This document shows, in pieces, positions 59,380-64,000 of a stretch of 64,000 nucleotides of DNA (position 1 is its first letter; each line of letters begins with the position of its first letter). Source of the DNA: Bryobacterales bacterium (lineage in GTDB: Bacteria > Acidobacteriota > Terriglobia > Bryobacterales > UBA6623); contig CBDBKC010000032.1 in NCBI GenBank assembly GCA_965206655.1, positions 192,563 to 256,562 of the forward strand, read 5' to 3'. The notes beneath the pieces are model-generated. The model was not told where the DNA came from and did no database searches. It saw only the letters and a program-made list of their open reading frames with translations. A program made the translations under genes and the position numbers.

Positions 59380-59800
59380 GACGATGACCCCTGTGACGCG
59401 GCAAGGGAGGCAGCGTCTAAGCGGACTGTTGGAGCGTAGAGTGCCTCGACGGTTACGGTTGGGACTACCTCCTGCCTGATGCGTTGAGGTATTAGCGTCA
59501 AGCCGGCGGCCAGATCCTCGTCAGTCGGCGCGCCCAGGATCCTCTTGAATTCGTCCTCATCCATGGCAACCTCCAAGTCGTTTAGCCACCTTCGACCGCT
59601 TCAGGTGGACGAATGTTTGCGCGTGGTCCATCATGGTTGTGCCTGCCAACACGCTGTAGGAGGCATCGAGAGCCTAGCTGACGATTGGCGGCGCCCGGGA
59701 CTCTACCTTCTCGTTCGCTGCCCGAAATCGGCCACCTGAGCCGACGTCCTGCCGTGTGGCTGTTCTTGCGTATTGTTGCGGATGTATTTACATGCGGGAT

Positions 59801-61120
59801 CACTACTGTCCGGTTAGAAGTCGAATAGAATCAGCTGGTTGGGGTGATCGAGTAAGTTTTCATGGGAGTCTGATGGCTGCAAGGCCTGTAAAATGGGCGT
59901 TTTCTCAAATAGGGTAACGCTGAGAATCTGTAGGATTTGGTAGAGACTCGCCTCCAGGCCCAACCTCTTCCGCACGATCGCCACCAGCACGTACACCGAG
60001 ACGGCGATCCAAATCTGGGTCTTCACGGCGTTCTCGCTGGCGGCGTAGAACTTCTTGATCCGCAAGTGCTGCTTGACCCACTTGAAGAACAGCTCCACCT
60101 GCCAGCGCGAACGGTAGATCTCGGCGATGGTCAGTGCCGGGAGCGCGAAGTTGTTGGTCAGGAACTTCAGCCGCTTGTTCGTCGCGGCGTCGACGTAGCT
60201 GACGCGCCTCAACGGGTCCGGATAGACTTTGGCCGATTCGATGGCAGTCAGTATGACGGTCTGATCCGAGCGCACGCCCGTAGATTTGTCGACGGGATGC
60301 GAGTAGCGCCGTTGGAGCAAGATGTTCTTCTTGGTTCGCACGACGAAGAACGACGAGCAGAGGGTGAACACGAAGAGGCGTTCGAAATCCACGTAGGCCC
60401 GATCCATAACGTAGAAGGCGCCGGGCTCGGGTAGGAACTCGTCGAGGATGTTGACGTCGTGCGTTTTGCCGTCGGTAATGCGGATAAACGTGGGGATGTT
60501 ACCGTGCAGGTCCAACAGCGTGTGCATCTTCACGGCGGCCTTGCGCCGGCGGAACTTGGCCCACGGGAACAGCGAGAGGCACAGGTCGATGGTGGTCGAG
60601 TCCAGAGCGTAGAGACTTTGATTGAGATCCACGCCGATCGGATCGCGGGCATACAAGGGCCGCGCGATGCGAATCAAGGCCTGAGCGAAATCGGCATAGA
60701 TCCGCCAGTCGCGCGACTCGTTAGCGTCGGCCAGTGTCGAGCGCGCGACGTTGCCGCGGAATCCCATGTGGTAGAGCTTGCCGCCAAGCGAACGCAGGCA
60801 CGCTTCGATATCGCGGAGGCTTTCGCGGTAGGTCAACTGGGCGAAGGACATCGAGAGGAACTGATCCCAGCAGGAGAAGCTGCGCGAGCCCCGGTCGCCA
60901 TCGTAGCGGGCCACACAGCGCCGGAACTCGCGATCCGGAAGAAAGCTGATCAACTGCGCGAATACGGTGCGGCCCAGATTCATGAGCCATTGTCGGCTCA
61001 GGACGGATGACGCTCAAACGGCGCACCGCCGCTCAAATCGCGGCAAGAAAAAACAACACCTAACCCACTTTTCTACAACCAGTTGCAGGCCGCCCACCGC
61101 TTATCAGCCGGACAGTAGTG
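59801..61120 (-). mobile_element. IS4-family element, complete (1320 bp)
   Basis: IR CACTACTGTCCGG; 9-bp TSD ATGCGGGAT at 59792-59800 and 61121-61129. Confidence 0.95.
59814..60983 (-). CDS. IS4-family transposase (DUF4372 plus DDE)
   Basis: FSCWDQFLSMSFAQLTYRESLRDIE, DSTTIDL, MDRAY, YRSRWQVELFFKWVKQHL. Confidence 0.95.
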   Translation of the reverse strand: MNLGRTVFAQLISFLPDREFRRCVARYDGDRGSRSFSCWDQFLSMSFAQLTYRESLRDIEACLRSLGGKLYHMGFRGNVARSTLADANESRDWRIYADFAQALIRIARPLYARDPIGVDLNQSLYALDSTTIDLCLSLFPWAKFRRRKAAVKMHTLLDLHGNIPTFIRITDGKTHDVNILDEFLPEPGAFYVMDRAYVDFERLFVFTLCSSFFVVRTKKNILLQRRYSHPVDKSTGVRSDQTVILTAIESAKVYPDPLRRVSYVDAATNKRLKFLTNNFALPALTIAEIYRSRWQVELFFKWVKQHLRIKKFYAASENAVKTQIWIAVSVYVLVAIVRKRLGLEASLYQILQILSVTLFEKTPILQALQPSDSHENLLDHPNQLILFDF

Positions 61121-62113
61121 ATGCGGGATAATTCGAGCATCCCAGGAAGCTGCCGTATTGACTGACCTTTGTCTGCAGCCAGCCGTCGCAGTCGGGGCAG
61201 GCCTCAATGGACAGGCCGCAGTCGCGGCAGCGGAAGGCGCCGTCTGCCTTGAGCGGCAATCCCTTTCCGCAAAACGGGCACGGTCGCTGCATGTGCCCGC
61301 AATAGGGCCAGTTCGAGCAGCCGTAGAAGGTCCCGCCGTTCTGTTTGTTCTCGCGTCGCTTGAGCCGTCCCTCGACGCATTCCGGGCAGGCGACGTCGTC
61401 ATCCAACGGCCTGCCGAAGACGGTGACATCGTAACCGTCCCCGATAAGTTCCGTCGCGAACGAAGACAGCGGACCGCCGTCGGCCAGCAGAAAAACCCCG
61501 CGCTTGGCACGGGTGATGGCGACATAAAGAAGACGGCGCTCCTCGGCGTTGGTATGCGCTTCGGGCACTGCGAGGACCAAGTCGAGCTGCGGATCATCGA
61601 CGATCTCAGTGGGAAAACCATGCTTCCCGGAACACAGGCCGAGCACCGCGACGTAGTCAGCCTCTTGTCCCTTCGACCGGTGAACGGTCTTGTAGGAGAT
61701 ATTCAGGCCGGGATATTGCTTTGCCAGATTTGCCATGTTCTGCGGCCGCTTGTGGTTGTATCGGCCCAGCAGCAGCACACTCGACTTTCCTTCAAATCTG
61801 GCAGCATCCTCGGCGATCCTGTCGAGCACCTCCTTCAACAGGGAAAACCGTTGCTCACCAGGAAGGCCGATATGGACACACGGTCCGTCCGCCCGGCGCG
61901 CCGATCGGACCGTCTTGGGGATTTGCGCGGAGTTGCGCAGGACGAAGTCGGTGGCGACGGAGGCGATGCGGTCGGCGCAGCGGAAGGTCGTCTCTAGATA
62001 GAGTTTGGAGCGGTTCAGCGGTTCAATCGAGATAACCGGAATGAAGCAAACACAATTTGGGGGGCTCCCACGCATTGAAGTGCTCTTCTCTAAGAGAGTG
62101 AACTTCGCGTCGG

Positions 62114-63228
62114 GGCGTTGGTGCATGAATCGGTGTAAGCGAGCACGCTAGCGGCGGGGGTGGGGTCCAGTCCATCATAGAGATCGGGGGGGTAACGTCG
62201 TGGTCGCAGCGAAGTCGAGCCGAGTCAACCGCCAGTACAAGAAGAAGTACAGAATCCGGAACTGGAGGGAGTACGAGCGTGGCCTCAGGAGCCGCGGCGA
62301 CGTCACGATCTGGCTGAGCGAGGATGCAATTGCCGCGTGGATACCACCGAAGAACGGTCTTCGCGGAGGCCAGCGGCGGTACTCGAACCTCGCGGTCCGG
62401 ACCGCGTTGACGCTGCGGGTCGTCTTCAGCCTGCCGCTCCGCCAGACCGAGGGGTTCCTGGACTCGCTGCTCCGCTTGATGGGCCTCAACCTCAAGGCCC
62501 CGGACCACACCACACTCTCGCGCCGGAACCAAATCGTTGCGGTGCCGCCCCTGACCCGATCCCACGATGGCCCGATCGACTTGATCGTCGATTCCACAGG
62601 GCTGAAGATTCTGGGTTGCGGCGAATGGAACGCGCACAAGCACAAGGCATCAAAGAAACGCCGGGATTGGCGGAAGCTGCACATCGGGGTGGATGCCGAG
62701 GGGTTCATTGTGGCGGCCGAACTCACAGCGAGCAGCCGGGACGACGCCTCCACACTCCCTGCTCTTCTCGACACAATCGAGGTTCCCATCCGGCGTTTCA
62801 CGGCGGACGGGGCCTACGACCACAGATCGGTCTACGATCAACTCAGCGCGGCCGGTACAGAGAACGTCGTGATTGTGATTCCCCCTCGTCGCTCCGCGGT
62901 GTCGGCGGGGCCAACGGACGGCCCATGGGCGCAGCGTGACACGGCTCTTGAGAGGATTCGCCAGGTCGGGCGACGAGAGTGGCAGAAGGAGTCGGGCTAC
63001 CGACAGCAGGGGCGCGTTGAAAACAGCTTCTTCCGATACAAGTCCGTGCTCGGAGGCGGATTGAAGGCGAGGCACGGCGAGGCACAAAGGAGAGAAGTTG
63101 CGATCGGGTGTCACATCCTCAACCGGATGGCCGAGCTGGGTAGGCCGAAATCCTGCGCTGTGGTGTCCTGAACGAGAAGTTGGAAAAGCGCCCCCACTCG
63201 CGCCGCAGTTGAATCATGCAACAGCGCC
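62114..63228 (+). mobile_element. IS5-family (IS903 group) element
   Basis: 18-bp IRs GGCGTTGGTGCATGAATC and GGCGCTGTTGCATGATTC; flanks (TCGCGTCGG / ACGATCTGA) not duplicated. Confidence 0.88.
62200..63171 (+). CDS. IS5/IS903-group transposase
   Basis: NWREYERGLRSRGDVTIW, VDSTGLK, WRKLH, ADGAYD, ENSFFRYK. Confidence 0.93.
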   Translation: MVAAKSSRVNRQYKKKYRIRNWREYERGLRSRGDVTIWLSEDAIAAWIPPKNGLRGGQRRYSNLAVRTALTLRVVFSLPLRQTEGFLDSLLRLMGLNLKAPDHTTLSRRNQIVAVPPLTRSHDGPIDLIVDSTGLKILGCGEWNAHKHKASKKRRDWRKLHIGVDAEGFIVAAELTASSRDDASTLPALLDTIEVPIRRFTADGAYDHRSVYDQLSAAGTENVVIVIPPRRSAVSAGPTDGPWAQRDTALERIRQVGRREWQKESGYRQQGRVENSFFRYKSVLGGGLKARHGEAQRREVAIGCHILNRMAELGRPKSCAVVS

Positions 63229-63465
63229 ACGATCTGAGCGAACTCTGTCGTTGATCCATGCCGCAGCCGAGCAGAAGCGCAAGGCAGGGGACCAGTGGGA
63301 CCGCGTTGAGAGCTTAATCGAGAGCCGTATCCAAGACAGATTCCGCAGCCGCGGCGATGACCTGAGCCGCTAGTCCTCAGTGCCGAGGCGCCGCCTGACT
63401 CGGCCGCATTTACATACATATAAATAGTGTGTATCATCAAGATATAAAGATAACGTGAGGTCCCA

Positions 63466-63687
63466 ATGAACCGACGGCTCAACATCACCCTGCCGGAACA
63501 GACGGTCAGGATGCTTGATCGTGCTGTGCCTCGAGGCCAGCGCTCGCGGTTGATTGACGAAGCCGTGAGACGCTTCGTCAGAGAACAGGGGAGAGCGAAC
63601 CTTCGAAAGCAGCTCGCGCTTGGTGCGGCAGCTCGATCCGAGCGTGACCGAGAGATGGCTGAGGAATGGTTTGTCCTTCCTGACTAA
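63466..63687 (+). CDS. Ribbon-helix-helix antitoxin (MazE/NdoAI-like)
   Basis: RRLNITLPE..RSRLIDEAV..LALGAAARSERDREMAEEWF; directly upstream of a MazF-like gene. Confidence 0.85.
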   Translation: MNRRLNITLPEQTVRMLDRAVPRGQRSRLIDEAVRRFVREQGRANLRKQLALGAAARSERDREMAEEWFVLPD

Positions 63688-63692
63688 CCCCC

Positions 63693-64000
63693 ATGATTCG
63701 ACCCAAGAGGGGAGACATCTATCTGGTCAACTTCGACCCGACGCTGGGCGCAGAGATTCGGAAAACGCGACCGGCGTTAATTTTGCAAAACGATGTCGCC
63801 AACAAGTTCAGCCCGGTCACCATCGTGGCAGCCATCAGTTCCCAGTTCGAGGACACTCTGTATCCCACGGAGGTCTTGCTATCCGCCAAGGCACGGACAG
63901 GCCTCGCTGTTGATTCGGTCGTGCTTCTCAATCAGATTCGGACGGTCGACAAGAGGAGGCTGGCTAAGCAACTCGGCAGGCTGTCCTCAGCGAAGATGGA
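63693..64000 (+). CDS. mazF: PemK/MazF-family endoribonuclease toxin; runs off the window
   Basis: Hand translation MIRPKRGDIYLVNFDPTLGAEIRKTRPALILQNDVANKFSPVTIVAAIS..QIRTVDKRRL. Confidence 0.93.
   Translation, partial: MIRPKRGDIYLVNFDPTLGAEIRKTRPALILQNDVANKFSPVTIVAAISSQFEDTLYPTEVLLSAKARTGLAVDSVVLLNQIRTVDKRRLAKQLGRLSSAKM

Larger units (their letters stand above)
59703..62012 (-). pseudogene. 3' fragment of a HelD/UvrD-like helicase with C-terminal zinc ribbons, split by IS4
   Basis: LETTFRC, TVHRSKGQEAD, EERRLLYVAITRA, three C4-type ribbons; removing IS4 gives GCSNYPA|CKYIRNN..RTRR* (TAG 59705-59703); motifs I-III are absent. Confidence 0.85.

Noticed and set aside
59283-59576. Small ORF MDEDEFKRILGAPTDEDL.. 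downstream of the helicase remnant
   Set aside because: It has a plausible RBS but no recognisable family and runs antisense into the addA-like gene; it cannot be supported as a gene.
62012-62113. Group II intron or IS91-type end at the helicase truncation point
   Set aside because: TGAACCGC resembles the start of domain V, but the rest of the domain V/VI structure is absent.
1-64000. Numerous long antisense or alternate-frame ORFs in the ORF track (e.g. 1331-2155, 12542-13435, 21610-22494, 33049-33987, 56554-57636)
   Set aside because: They overlap well-supported genes and are expected shadows in high-GC DNA; none has recognisable motifs.

Overview
64 kb of a GC-rich bacterial chromosome, probably Acidobacteriota (Bryobacterales/Solibacter-like). 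The taxonomy is inferred from gene families and context, not from a search. About 1-31.5 kb is mostly core genes: dGTPase, YfgM-like protein, NarL-type two-component pair, feoAB, Fic, gap-pgk, pyk, a YfhO-like membrane protein, a very large Ser/Thr kinase with three exact-period TolB-like/TPR modules, two DUF1080 proteins and acoABC. About 31.5-53.2 kb is a decaying accessory island. It holds REP-like repeats and a MITE, an orphan RHS toxin/immunity module, nested IS1595/IS4/IS21 insertions, remnants of an integrated plasmid (parA plus small partner with repeat clusters, possible repA, tyrosine recombinase, a 413-bp mini-Tn3), and a defence-like block (AAA-DUF4143 fusion, type III-like Res fragment, YhaO/YhaN SbcCD-like pair, Ski2/Hel308-like helicase fused to a PD-(D/E)XK nuclease, HigBA). 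AddAB-like repair genes follow, then a second decayed zone (HelD-like helicase fragment, IS4, IS5, MazEF-like). At least five host genes can be rebuilt in frame by removing inserted elements. The best candidate for an undescribed system is the stand-alone helicase-nuclease at 49122-51893 and its neighbours. No rRNA, tRNA, CRISPR array or reverse transcriptase was seen. All family assignments are from motif recognition by eye; no database search was run.
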